Positions 25,238 to 40,200 of a DNA stretch of 64,000 bases are shown one piece after another. The stretch spans positions 15,220,974-15,284,973 of the forward strand of contig NC_057719.1 of the NCBI RefSeq assembly GCF_004010195.1. Reading direction: 5' to 3'. Below the pieces are notes generated by a model. The model ran no database searches. It saw only the letters and a program-made list of their open reading frames with translations, and was not told the DNA's origin. This DNA is from Chiloscyllium plagiosum (Eukaryota). A program made the position numbers and the translations under genes. The stretch's first letter is position 1. Each line of letters starts with the position of its first letter.

Positions 25238-28200
25238 CTACGTATATCTCTATAGAAAGATATAGAGATAGCTCAAAAGGAGAAACAAACTAATTCACTC
25301 TGTTCTTTTGTGACTGAAAATTTTCAAAGACTTTTCCCGATGTCAAGGTATTGTGTACACACTGTATACAGCAATGCTGCATTAAATTACTGTGAATGAA
25401 GCTCCATTCATAAAGACACATAAATGCATCTCAGTTGCTTCTACACCAGGAGAGGGAGAAAGTCAGGAGACCAGGAGAGCTGTGTGTGCATAATTCTTAA
25501 ACCCTAGTAGGTAGAAGGTGGACAACACAGTAGCTCAGTGGTTAGCACTGCTACCTCACAGTGCTAGGGTTTAATTCCAGTCTCGGGAGAACTACCTGTG
25601 TGGATTATGAACATTCTCCCTATGTCTGCATGGGTTTCCTCCCATAGTCCAAAGAAGTTTCCTCCCACAGTCCAAAGGTTAGGTGGATTGGCCATGTTAA
25701 ATTGCCCATAATTTCCAGGGATGTGCAGACTAGGTGGATTTGCCACGGGAAATGCAGGGGTACAGGAATAGGGTATTGGTTTGGTCTGGGTGGGATGCTC
25801 TTTCGAGGGTCAGTGTGGACCCAATGGGTTGAATGATCTTAGCAGGACTTATACACTTAATGATAAGATCCTAGGGAGTGTCGCTGAACAAAGACACCTT
25901 GGAGTGCAGGTTCATAGCTCCTTGAAAGTGGAGTCACAGGTAGATAGGATAGTGAAGAAGGCATTTGGTATGCTTTCCTTTATTGGTCAGAGTATTGAGT
26001 ACAGTAGTTGGGAGGTCATGTTGCGGCTGTACAGGACGTTGGTTAGGCCACTGTTGGAATATTGCGTGCAATTCTGGTCTCCTTCCTATCAAAAAGATGT
26101 TGTGAACCTTGAAAGGGTTCAGAAAAGATTTACAAAGATGTTGCCAGGTTTGGAGGATTTGAGCTATAGGGAGAGGTTGAACAGGCTGAGGTTGTTTTCC
26201 CTGGAGCGTCAGATGCGGAGGGGTGACCTTATAGAGGTTCACAAAATTACGAGGGGCATGGATAGTGCAAATAGGCAAAGTCTTTTCCCTGGAGCCGGGG
26301 AGTCTAGAACTAGAGGGCATAGGTTTAGGGTGAGAGGGGAAAGATATAAAAGAGACCTAAGGGGCAACTTTTTCACGCAGAGGGTGGGACGTGTATGGAT
26401 GTGTAATGAGCTGCCAGAGGAAGTGGTGGAGGCTGGTACAATTGCAACGTTTAAGAGGCATTTGGATGGGTGAATGAACAGGAAGGGTTTGGAGAGATAT
26501 GGGCCAGGTGCTGGCAGGTGGGACTGGATTGGGTTGGGATATCTGGTCGGCATGGACCGAAGGGTCTGTTTCCATGCTGTACATCTCTATGACTCTACGT
26601 CTAAACAGGTTGATTTATATATTAAAACAATCCAGGTGCAATAGTGCCATCTAGTGATATGAGGAAATGATTATGTTGCTTGCTTCATAATCATCACAGC
26701 AAAAATCAAAAACAAGAGAATGAAAACTGTGACATCTTACAGATTGTCCAAAAGGCAAGGTCCAAATGGTGAGCCACTGTGAGCAGTAAAGTTTAAGACT
26801 TTCTGCAGGTTCTGGCTGTTTAGGAGGACGTACAAAAGAAAGTCAACCAAATGAATATCTTCACACTGAGACAAATTTCTCAAAATGTCAGCTTGAAGAC
26901 AGAGTCACAAACAATTTTGCCTGTAAACCCATGCTTGGCTATCTAGCAACCACAAAGATGCAGGATTTTCACAATTTTTGTCCCCTTTAAGATGCCACAC
27001 ATACATGGTGGTGCAAAAGAAGTGGTATAATGCAGTGAAATAAACAGGCTGTGAACAAGAAAAAACATTTAGAGGGAGCATTAGTCACAATGATATTGAA
27101 TGAGTCACTTCATAAGCTGTTACATACCTCCAACTCATTTTCATCAAATATAGCGAGAAGATTTTCTGGAATCAACTCATTCAAGCCTGTATAAAAGAGG
27201 GTAAAAAAAGGAAGCTGGCATTTAAAGAAGCTTCATTAATTCATGTTCCCTTTTTTTAAACAGTGACAAACTGTGAAAGTAATTAATTAGCTGGGAAATA
27301 ATTCTCTGAGATGTCCCGAAGGCAATGAAACATTAAACAATTTCAATCTTGTTCTTCCTTTTCGCATTTTTATTCCACTGTTCTTTGCCTGCACGGATGA
27401 ATGATAAAGCTACACCTTTCTTCTAAATTAGTCATTGCCCTAACAAACACCCTTTTATCAATTAATTTATAGAAAGCAGGTGGTGCTGGATTGTCTATCC
27501 TGAACTGTCTTTCCTCTCAATGCCAAGATTAGAGTGGTGCTGGAAAAGCACGGCAGGTCAGGCAGCATCCAGGAAGCAAGAAAATCGACATTTCGGGCAA
27601 AAGCCCTTCCTGATGCTGCCTGACCTGCTGTGCTTTTCCAGCACCACTCTAATCTTGACTCTGATCTCCAGCATCTGCAGTACTCACTTTCGCCTTCCTC
27701 TCAATGCATCCATTTCAAGTGAGGGTAGTGACTCAAAATCATGGCAGTAGATACTTTTCTCAGCCACTTTCAGAGTAAATCTCTCCACCTCTTTGGCACA
27801 GTTGATTCAGAGTCTGATGGAATATTTAAGTATTCATGAGGCTTTCAGATTTGACACTGCACTTGAGAGAATATGTGCTCAGGATGGAGGAGATAGCACC
27901 TCCTGGATTAAAAATAAATTGCAATCTATCTGCCCTAATACTTAGATCACAAATATTTACAGAACTCTGCTGTAGTATGTGTCTTCACAATTTTTAAAAA
28001 CTTATTTTTATTTTCCTTGTGGAACAAATCTCTCAATTTATAATGTCATTTCACTTTTGTCAAGGTAAAGTTTACCATGGTACCAAATGCATGAATGTCA
28101 ACTTAGAAGTGAGAAAATGAATACAACCGAGATTGAACCACTTCACACAGAAGTTGATAAACAAGTGGGTTGGTGTATACTAGAATCCTTATGGTGGTCA

Positions 28201-31200
28201 GCATCAATAGCATGTTGTCCTTAGAACAATGGACTGTTTGATGATTTATCAGAGATGACTGTCTTACATTTCTTGGGAAACATGCAAAAGCCAAAATCAT
28301 GTTGCTTTTTGCTAAGAAGACCATTGGCAGGCTCAGAGGGCCTCTGAAAACAAAAATGTAATTGTCCAAGCAAAAAAAAAGGAAATATTGGGTCATAAAC
28401 AAAGGGCAATCTTAGGTCCTTGTGTTAAACACGTAACGTTTTGACTACTTAGAAAAAATATACAGGATTCCACAACAATAATAATATTCTGGCTTCATTT
28501 CTATTCATTTTCCATCACTGCTCACTCGGAGCAGTATCATACCTTTAAGGAAATACTCCACTTCTTGCCGCACCTGACTGGCCAATCTGTACTGTGCCAG
28601 CATGTTCAGGTAGAATATCTTGTTGTCATTGGTTACTGGCATCTGTGCACCTCCAGCTATCAACTCTATAACCTGAAAGAATAAAATATGAACAATCTCA
28701 AATTAGTGATCTAAGAAAGAACATGTGAAAGCTGCATCCTTGATCCGCCCAGTCGACTCTAATTCCAGGATTGTGTTGCTTCCAAGGTGGCAGGATAAGC
28801 TGCCGGGGGGAGGGAGGGACAGAGAGAGAATTAGCCAGAAGTTACGATTCAAATCAGAACCTTTAACGTAGACGCGTTACAGGATTCACAAAAGCATGTT
28901 TCAAGATCTAATGTTTAAGGTTTAAGTAAGGCATCTCAAACACAGTAAATGAGTCATAGAGATGTGGAGCACAGACACAGACCCTTCGGTCCAACTCGTC
29001 CATGCCAAATAGATATCCTAAATTAATCTAGTTCCATTTGCCAGCACTTGGCTCATATTCCTCTAAACCCTTCCTATGCATACCCATTCAGAAGCCTTTT
29101 AAATGCTGTAATTATACCAGCCTCCATCACTTCCATACACACACCACACTTTGCATGAAAATGTTGCCCTTTGGTCTCTTTTAAATCTTTCCCCTCTCAC
29201 CCTAAATGTATCTCAGAACCAAGTGATAATATTTATACCCAAGTGACTGGCATTCAAATATTTCATGTCTGTAAAAGTTAACAACAGAAGTAAAAACAAG
29301 AAATCCATTGCTTATATTCTACGTCTTTAGATACAAAACAATGTAAGAACAATTAACTTTAAAATTACTCAGGCTGCAGTTGGGGCTATTATATAGAAGT
29401 TGTAGCAGCCAGTCTGAAGAATGACAGAATGATACTCCACAAAAGAAAATCACATAATCTAAAGAGTCCCACTCTCATGATCTTTCACCATTGTTCTGCA
29501 CTTAACAAATCCTTTTTGTAAGTTATCACTTCCATGACCTTCTCAGCAATGTATTCTAAGTCACAATTTTCCACTTAACCTTTCATTTGCTCGTGGAATG
29601 TGGCCATCGTTGGCTTGGCCAGCATTTAATGCCCACAGCTAATTGTCCTGAGGTGGTAGTGGTGAGCTGCCTTCTTGAACCACCGCAGTTCTTGTGGTGT
29701 TGGTACAATCACAATAAGGGGGTGGTCAGCCAAGCTAGCTGGAAGGCTGGTTTGCGATGCAGTGTGATGCTGACAATGTGGCCTCTATCAGCCGAGGTTA
29801 CCATAAAGATCACACCTTCTCAACGTTGCCCCTTGCCTGAGGTATTGCGACTGTCTGGTTAAATCACCAGTTGTCTCTCTGCAATGAGAGAGCAACCCTA
29901 GGGTTGGGTAGGTCTACAGCAACTTTGTTTTTACCTTTTACATTAACAATGTTATTATGCAATGAGTCCAGCATTTTGATCCAGCAACAGATAAGGATTA
30001 ACAATATAGTTTCAAATAAGGATGCTGTATACCATGGAGAGGAAATCCATGGTGTTGTTTCCCTGCATCTGTTGCCCTTGACCGTCCAGGTGGTAAAGGT
30101 CATGCATTTTGAAGGTGCTGTCAGAGCCGCCTTGGTGTGTTGCTTGTAGTGCACCTTGCAGACACTAAACACAGCTGCCATTGTGCATTATTGGTGAAGG
30201 TAGTTGAATATTGAAGTTCATGGATGCGGTGCAAATCAAACAAATTGATTTACCCTGGATGGCGTCAGCTTCTTAGGTATTGCGAGGATGAGTGCAACTC
30301 CAACAAAGGCAAGTATTCAAGCACAACACTCCTGACTGTTGCCTCGCAGATGATGGACAGGGACTGAGGAGTCAGGAGGTGAATTACACACCAGAATTCC
30401 TAGCCACTGACCTGCTCTCATTTCCACAGGATGTTGATGGTGAGGATTCAGTGATGGTAATGTCATTAAACATCAATGAGCAAATGGTTAGATTTGCTCT
30501 TGTTGGAGATGGTCATTACCTGGACTTGTGGTCTGAAAGCTAGCTGAAACAACCGAGGCTGGCTGTGGTTTGGGTTGCTGCATTTGAACATTGACTGCTT
30601 CAGAGTCCGAGGCAATGCAAACGGTGTAGATCATTATGAAGTCATCACAGAACGTCCCCACTTCTGACCTCATGATGGAGCAAGGGCATTCAGGAAGCAG
30701 CTGAAGATGACTGGCCGTAGGACACTACCCTGCAGGACTCCTGAAAGATGTTCTGGATCTGAAATGACTGACCTCCAATGAGCACAATTTTCCATTGCAA
30801 TCGATATTATACCAACCAGTGGAGAGTTTTCCCCGATTCCCATTGACTCCACTTTTGCTAGGATTCCTTCAGGCCATATTTGGTCAGATGCTGCCTTGAT
30901 GTCAAGGGCAGTCATTTACCCCTTTCATCAATGAGCAGATTATCCCTTTACAAATGCTGCTTTCCCCTTCTATTATTTTATTGATGATCGAGAGTATACT
31001 GATAGGGTGGTAATTGCTTAGGCTGGATGGGTCCAGTCTTGGACCACAGGACATACCTGGTCAATTTTCCACATTTTTGGGTTGATGTTATTATTGCACT
31101 TGGCCTGGACCAGCTAGGCTCGGGCTTCTGGAGCACAAAATTTCAGTATTATTGTCGGAATATTGTCAAGGGCAATAACCTTTGCAATATCCCACACTAC

Positions 31201-34200
31201 CAGCTGTTTATTGACATCTTTAATGCTGTGGTCAATGTTTCTTCTTAGCTGTGTGGCTGCATGACCAGGCAACTGTCCCAATGCTCCATACCCAATGATC
31301 GGAATCAGCCAATCTGAAAGTAGCTGTTGCACATGGGCCTTGGAGGCCGCACAGCCAGGAAGGAAATTACACGGAATGCTTGTGGTGGTTTTGATGGATC
31401 ATGCATTTGTCGCTTCTTTCTGAAGATGGATGCAAATACCTTAGCCTTCTTTTTCGCATTTACGCGCTCGACTTCCCTGTTGTTTAGGATGGGATATTTG
31501 TGGAGCCTCCAACTCCTGTTCAAAGTTTAACTGTCTACCACCATTCATGATTTGACATGGCAGACTGCAGAGCTTAGATCTGATCTGTTGGTTGTGGGAT
31601 TGTTTAGCCTTACGTATAGCATGCTGCTTTCTACTGCTTGTAGTCTTATGTTGCAGCTTCACCTGGTTGATATCTCATGTTTAGATATCCTTGGTGCTGC
31701 TGGTCACAATACCTCCTGCACTCTTCACTGTAGCAGGTTTAATGGTAATAGTAGAGAGGGTGAATTGGGGGGTAAGAGGGAGTAATAAGCTAGGTTATGA
31801 GGCTGTGGACAGCGGTTACTAACATATGAACAGGAAACAAGAACTAGGCTACTCTGCTTTTCAACCCTGTTCCATCCTTCAATAAGGTCATGGCCAACCT
31901 GACTTTAGCCTCATTTCTAATTCCTCCATACTCCTGATTATCTTTCACCCTTTGCTGATCAAAGATCTGTCTGCCTCTGCCTTAGAATATGTAAAGATTT
32001 TGCATCCATTGTCTTTTGAAGAAATTTCGAAAACTCTCAACACTCAAAACAAATTCCCTTAGCTCCATTTTAAGTGGAAGGCCTATCATTTTTAAACTAT
32101 GGCCCCAATTCTAGGTCCTTCCACATCCACCTGATGAAGGTCTCTCAGGATCTTATGTATCCCAATTAAATTGTCTCTGGTTCTTCTAAACTCCAGACGA
32201 TACAGGCCTAGCCTGACTAATCTTTCCTCAAAAGGTGATCTGCTTATTCTAGATATTAGTCGGAACTGCTCCTAGAATATCCATCCCTTGTACAATGACC
32301 AGCACTATACACGTTGCTCCAGATGCAGTCTCACCAATGCCTTATATAACTGATGTACAACCTCCCTACACTTGCTTTCAATTCCCCTCTTGATAAGACA
32401 GTATATTCTGTCAGTTAGAAATTGAAATTGCTGGAAAAGCTGAGCAGATCTGGCAGCATCTGTGGAGAGAAATCAGAGTTAACGTTTTGGGTCAAGTGAC
32501 CCTTCCTCAGAACTGTTGGTTGCTAGGAAAATGTTGGCTTCTATGCAGATGATAGGCTGGGAGAAGTGGGTAAGGAGTAAATGATAGGTGAGGACAGAGC
32601 TGAAAGGGAGAGAAGAGCAATTAGATAGACAAAGGAGTGGAAAATGATCTGGCTAGGGGGGTGATTACCTATTAATGGGTACTGTTAGTTATTAACAATT
32701 GGTGGGGTGCAACGTCAAGGTCTGGTGTGTGAGGGTTGGGGTAAAGATGTGAGAGAGCTTGCAGATGACACGTATATGGATGTGTTGTGGACAGTGAAGA
32801 AGGTTACCTTAGAACACAACAGGATGGTGATCAGATGGCCCAAAGGGGTGAGGAGTGGCAGACGGAGTTTAATTTAGGTAAATGTGAGGTGCTGCATTCT
32901 GGAAAGACATATCAGAGCAGGACTTATATATTAAATGGTAAGGTCCTGGGGAGTGTTGCTGAACAAAGAGACCTTGGAGCATAGGTCCATTGTTCCTTGA
33001 AAGTGGAGTCACAAGTAGATAGAATAGTGAACGAGGCACTTTGCATGCTTGCCTTTATTGTTCAGTGCACTGAGTGTAGGAATAGAGAGCTGAAAAATGT
33101 GTTGCTGGAAAAGCGCAGCAGGTTAGGCAGCATCAAAGGAGGAGAAGCAACGTTTCAGGCATAAGGTCTTCTTCAGGAACGAAGCTCTCTCCAGCATCTC
33201 CTAGAGGAGTTGGGATGTCATGTTGTGACGGTGCAGAACATTGGTTAGGTCAGTTTTGGAGTATTGCATGCAATTCTGGTCTCTCTCCTTTAGGAAGGAT
33301 TTGTGAAACTTGACAGGATTCAGAAAAGTTTTACAAGAATGTTGCCAGGCTTGGGGGATTTGAGCTATTGGGAGAGGATGGATAGGCTGGGGCTATATTC
33401 CCTGGAGCGTCAGAAGCTAAGGGATGACCTTATAGAGTTTTATAAGATCGTGAGGGGCATGGATAGAGTAAATAGGCAAGGTCTTTTCCCCAGAGTAGGG
33501 GAGTCCAAAACGAGAGGGCATGGGTTTAGGGTTAGAGGGGAAAGATATAAAAAGAACCTAAAGGTGACTTTTCACGCAGAGGGTGGTTCACGTATGGAAT
33601 AAGTTGCAGAAGGAAGTGGTGGAGGCTGGTACAATTATAACATTTAAAAGGTATCTAGATGGATACATGAATGGGAAGGGTTTAGAGGGATATGGGCCAA
33701 GTGCTGGTAAATGGGACTAGACTTATGTAGGATATTTAGTTGGCATGGACGAGTTGGACCAAAGGGTCTGCTTCTGTCCTGTATACCTCTATGACTCAGT
33801 GACTGTGAACCCTAAAGTTACTGAACTCTGTATTGAGTCCGGAAGGCTGCAAGGTCCCCAAGTGTAAAATGAGGTGCTGTTCTTCCAGCTTGTGCTGAGC
33901 TTCTCTGGAGCACTCAGCAAGCCTGTGAAAGAGATATCAGCAGGGAATAGGGTGGAGTGTTTAGGTGACAGGCAACTGGAAGCTCAGGGCCTTTTTTGCA
34001 TAAAGAATGCAAGTTTTCTGCTAAGCAGTTTTCTGGTCTATGCTTCATTTTCCCAATGTAGAGGTGACCAGATTGTGAGCAGTGAATGCAGTCAACTAGA
34101 TTATATCAAATGCAGGTAAAGCATTGCTTCACCCGTAAAGTGTTTGGGCCCTCGGATACTGAGAAGGGAAGAAGTAAACGTATAAGGTGTTACAACTTCT

Positions 34201-37200
34201 GTGGTTGCAATGGAAGGTGCCATGAGGCTGTAAGGTCTCTGATTTACAGCATCTTTTGTTTTTTATTCTGTCAATTACTTCCGTTCAATGTTTGACCAGT
34301 TTGGCATCGTGGTAGTGCTGTACACATGATGGAGAATATCCTCACTGTGAAGGAAGGGCTTTGCCTCCTCACATCATCTCTAACCACTGAAAGGGTTCGT
34401 CATCAACAAGGCATAACATGAGACTTCATTTCAGACCCAAGGGAATTTCTTAAACAACATTACCTTCTCTAAGTGTCCCGACTTGTTGTATTTTTCCTCA
34501 GCAAAAACGAGGTCCATTTCACTCACATCATTTTTCAAGATGTAACATACTTTACTCTTGTAGAATTCTGGATCATCTGTTGCAAAATACTGCGAGCAGA
34601 GGTGACAAGATAGAGATGGTTCATAATCACACAAGCAACATTTTGGCACTTGTGAAAGGAGTAAAGACATGAACAGTGAAAATGCGATTTCATACTACTT
34701 TTTGGGCTACTGACACTATTAGAAGACGTGGGCAAATTTGCGATTTCCTTTCCTGTCGTATTAGTGTGAGCAGTGCCCTATATTTATAATCTGTGTCAAC
34801 ATCCAGTCAGAAGTTAATGGATTAGTCAGAAAAAAATACAGAGCATAAAGTAACTAGCAAGAACACTGCCATTAAAACCCAGACTTCAGCAATTTAGGGA
34901 GAAACGTTAAAGTTATGTCTTCAATCTAGAGCTTTCATTTGAAGTCTTACTCCCTGAAAAATCTGCAGCTCCATCCTCAAAACAACCATTTGTTTCAGTG
35001 GTATCTGAAAACAATTTAACTTAGAGTCATAGAGATGTACAGCACAGAAACAGACCCTTCAGTCCAACTCTGCCAAGCCAACCAGATATCCTAACCTTAT
35101 CTAGTCTCGTTTGTCAGCACTTGGCCCATGTCCCCCCAAACCCTTCCTATTCATATACCCATCCAGATGCCTTTTAAATGTTGTGATTGTACCAGCCTCC
35201 ACCACTTCCTCTGGCAGTTCATTCCATACACGCACCATCCTCTGCGTGTAAAGGTTACTCATTAGATCCCTTGTTAAATTTTTCCCCTCGCACCCTAAAC
35301 CTATGCCCTCTAGTTCTGGACTCTCCCATCCCAGGGAAAAGACCATGTCTTTTACCCTATCAATGTCCCTCATGATTTTATAAACCTCTATAAGATCACC
35401 CCTTAGCTTCCGACACTCCAGGGAAAACAGCCCTAGCCGACTTAGCCTCTCCCTATAGCTCAAATCCTCCAACCTTGGCAACATCCTTCTAAATCCTTTC
35501 TGAATGCTTTCAAGTTTCACAATATCCTTTGATAGGAGGGAGAAGTTGGAGAAAGAATTGAGAGAAAGGAAATCCAATCAAGTGCACAGTGTTGGAATTC
35601 AAAAGCTTGTCTTACAAACAGAAGAGTTCTCTGTTAACTTTGCTTTCTTTTCGCAGATGCTGCCAGGCCTGCTAAGATTTTCTAGCAATTTCTGATTTTG
35701 TTTCTGATTTCCAGCATCTGTAGTATTGATTTTTTTTTTTGTTTAGGTCTGAGTTTTGTTGGATTGAAGAGGGATGATTGTGGAGTGAATGAGTGGTGCT
35801 GGTAGAGGAAGGGCAGGAATAAAAAAAAGGAACCAAATGAGAAACGATTAGATTAGATTAGATTAGATTCCCTACAGTTTAGAAACATGCCCTTCGGCCC
35901 AACAAGTCCACAACAACCTTCCGAAGAGTAACCCACCCTCTGACTAATGCACCTAACACTATGGGCAATTTAGATTGGCCAATTCACCTGACCTGCACCA
36001 TCTTTGATCTGTGGGGGGAAACCCATGCAGACATGGGGAGAATGTGCAAACTCCACACAGTCACCCGAGGCTGGAATCGAATCTGGGATCCTGGTGCTGT
36101 GAGGCAGCAGTGCTAACCACTGAGCCACCGTGCCACCCACTTCACAACAAATCACTGTTGGCCAATTTAAAATCTTCGTGAGCTCAAAGTGCTGGAGAAA
36201 CTCAGCAGATCTAGCAGCACCTGTGGAGAAGGAAACAGAGTCACCATGGAGTCCTTTGACTTAGTTGGAATGAAGCACCATTGGATTTAAAATGTTGACT
36301 GAGTTTCTTTCTCCAGAGCTTAAAACTGTGTTGCTGGAAAAGCACAGCAGGTCAGGCAGCATCAAAGGAACAGGAGAATCGACGTTTTGGTCATAAGCCC
36401 TTCTTCAGGAATGAGGAGGGTGTGCCAAGCAGGCTAAGATAAAAGGTAGGGAGGAGGGACTTGGGGGAGGGGCATTGGGAATATGATAGGTGGAAGGAGG
36501 TTAAGGTGAGGGTGATAGGCCGGAGAGGGGGTGGGGGCGGAGAGGTCGGGAAGAAGATTGCAGGTCAAGAAGGCGGTGCTGAGTATGAGGGTTGGGACTG
36601 AGAAAAAGTGGGGGGAGGGGAAATGAGAAAGCTGGAGAAATCTGCATTCATCCCTTGTGGTTGGAGGGTTCCTAGGCGGAAGATGAGGCGCTCTTCCTCC
36701 AGGCATCGTGTTGCCATGGTCTGGCGATGGAGGAGGCCAAGGACCTGCATGTCCTTGGTGGAGTGGGAGGGGGAGTTAAAGTGTTCAGCCACGGGGCGAT
36801 TGGTTCCTGATCTGAGTTTCTCCAGCAATTTCTGTTTTCTTTTTTATTTCAGAACGCCAGCATTCACAGTACTTTTTTTTCCCAATTTAGAAAACATCAT
36901 TACATCAAGTTGAGTATGAAACAAAAAGCAAAATACTATAGATGCTATAAATATGAAATAAAAGCATTAAACACTCAAAAATGTTCAGACTGTCAGGGGT
37001 AGCATCTGTGAGAGACAAACTGAGTTCATATTTCAGATCAATGACCTTTCAGCGTTAACATGCTACTAATCTTCAACATGTGACGAAATATCAAATGCAT
37101 TCAAAAGACACAAAGGCCACATTAACTAATGAGCCCTCATTACCTTATAGTGCATCCTGAGTCCAATAATTTGTGCCAAGAATGAACGAGTAAAGCGAGC

Positions 37201-40200
37201 ACAAACTAGCTGTTTGTACGCTCCACCCTGTGCAGATTCATACAAGCACTTCCCAACTATTTTCCCTGCAAATTCATACAACTTCAGTCGAAGATGAGGT
37301 GATCGGTCTGGGTTTGGGTGTACCTAAACAACCAAACAAAACACTTCACTTATTCATTACGAAAATATGGTTTGTACAAAAAAAGATATGCTCAACAATA
37401 AATAAATAGTAGACTATATGTGCAGACTCAAATTGTTATTTCCTACCCCAAACAGAAATGGCCAGGCTTGTACTTTCAGGAAGTACCTTACGTAACCTCA
37501 GGATTTCTGAAAGTACTTTATACAACTTTGCAGCTAAGTCACAATTATTGGGAAACGTGACAACCGGTTTGCATAAGGACAGCATCGTTATTAACAGCTC
37601 TATGATAGAAGTTGAGAGATAAACGCAAAGGAAACACTATTATCCAAAGGACATGGGTGGGGAGTATTTCGATCTGTTCGTCAAATGCCGATTAATTGAT
37701 GCCGGATAACACAGTTAGCCACACATCGGGACCTCGCAATCTTGTTCGGATGATCTGAAGTCTGGTCAATCAAAAGCCGGATAATCGAGGTTCCTCTGTA
37801 GTAACCAGGCTAACTGGAGAATTCCCCATGGGATCTCGTACATCCACAAGAGAGAAAAGATGGGAACGGTGTTTACCATCAGCTCTGAAAAACATGATCT
37901 GTGACAATACAAAGCTGCCTCTGTACTCACTGCAGTATCTGCCTAGATTTGGTGCACAAGTGCAGGAATGGCACAGAAATTCATAATCTTCTGAATAAGA
38001 GGCAGTGTCAAACTACTGAACCAAGGCTGGCACCTGCTTTTCTCCATGCACATTTTATCAACAATGAAACAAATGATCAGATAATAAAACTTCTTCACTT
38101 CTAAAATACAAATTCAGATAAATATTTCAAATTAATTTGGCAACCTTTGAATAAGGGAATCACTTTAAACTCACCATAATGGACTCCTTCAGTGAGCAAA
38201 GAGGGGCTTTCACAACAATATTTACGACAGGAATTAGAGGTGACAGGACAGGATTTGGTTTCTGTCGCATTATGTAATACTGTCCCCTTCTCTATCTGTC
38301 ACATTTAGAATAGCACTACTCCTCAGAGAGAAAAAAATACTTTCTTGGCACTTAAACAATTTATCAGAAATTAGAAGTCTTACTATCCTGAATATTAAGT
38401 GAAATTTATACTCACCAGCCCCTGGTTATTGTCGCTGAAGTGCATGAACAGACCATTGCTTTGATCAAAGAGTGCTTTACACATCAATTCAAACCACTCC
38501 CTGCGTGGGCCACCCCAGTCCAATGCTGAAACAATACACAAGTACCTCAGAATAATAAAGTTATTTTCTCTTATTATGATGCTGACATTTGACATATGTA
38601 GTGCCTACATGAGGAAACTGATCTTCACAATAAGGACGATCAACATACAACCACAAAATCGTTAAGATAGAATTGTTGCAATGGGGCTAGTTTAGGTTCA
38701 TTCTGGAGAAGTAAATTAATGATCTGAATGTCATCCCTCAGTTGCAATTATCATGTGATCTTGCATCAAAATGCTTTGGATATTGATAGACAGTAAAATA
38801 CAACTGGGACAAATTCAAATCGAATTAAGTCAGCTGTGTAGACCATTACCAAATAAAGAAACTTAACTGCAAAAGCAAGTTTAAGCAGATTCACAATTAA
38901 ACAGACCACACACGATAACAGATCTCAATTCCCTTCTGTTCTCTCATGCACGGTTTCTCCTCCACCCTCATCTGACCTCAGTAAATTATATTTCTACCTT
39001 TTCCCAGTTCAGATGGAAAGTCATTTATCTTAAATGCTAATTCTGCTCTCTCTCTCTCTCTCTCTCCATAAGTGCCGCCCAACCTACTGACTATTTCCAG
39101 CACATTGTGTTTACATTTCAGATGTCCAGCATGTACAGTAGTTTGCTTTTGTGCAGGTAAGTAATGAGTTAGCTGGCCTACTCTTGTGCTGTTTGTGCCT
39201 GATCTCAAATCCATACAGCAGCATTTGTGTGGATACAGAAACAGGTTTCTCAAGGCTGGTGACTGTACACAGAGGTTACAGGAAACAGAAGAGTGCAGGA
39301 ACTAATAGATTCGCATCAATACAACAGAACTGACATTTCATGGCCTGAATATTTTTCTTACTGCAATGCTGCTAATTTGTGTCATTTGGTGCTGTGGGTT
39401 AAATCCTGAGAGAGGCAGTCAACAAAGTTAAATCTCTCAAGTATCTGTGAAATCCTACATCATCCAAAATAAACCCAATAAAATCTCAGTCATATCAATT
39501 TATCATCGTAGCCTATATTTGTCAAACTTAAAGCAATTCGATTTTACAGCAAGTAGATTTACCCCATTAATGCATACAGCAGCCGTGGAAAATGTTGACA
39601 TGCCTTTGGTACTGACCTTCTTCATCCTGAAAAATCACTTCAAAATTCTTGCTCCAATCAGAGACTGAGAAGTTTCTTGTTGCTTTCAGGGACTATTAGG
39701 ATGCAGAAATTAAACAAAAAAGGCAAAGTGAATTTTAATTATAATTGCTACTGAATTAAAATAAATCAAGATACATAGAGTCAGAGATATGTACAGCATG
39801 GAAACAGACCCTTCGGTCCAACCCGTCCATGTCGACCACATATCCCAACCCAATCTAGTCCCACCTGCCAGTACCTGGCCTATAACCCTCCTAACCCTTC
39901 CTATTCATAAACTCATCCAAATGCCTCTTAAATGTTGCAATTGTACCAGCCTCCACCACTTTCCTCTGGCAGCTCATTCCATACTCGTACCACCCTCTGC
40001 GTGAAAACGTTGCCCCTTAGGTTCCTTTTATATCTTTCCCCTCTCACGTTAAACCTGTGCCCTCTAGTTGTGCACTCCCCGACCCCAGGGAAAAGACTTT
40101 GCCCATTTACATGCTGGACTGGATTTTTAAAACTACAATGTGCACTTGGCTGACGAATGCCTGAAGGTACACATTAACAGAAATTTCCTAAGGTGGGAAA

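Noticed and set aside
25781..26473. 230-aa ORF as a host gene
   Set aside because: It is the C-terminus of CR1 ORF2 read in from a SINE; paralogous fragments occur throughout the window.
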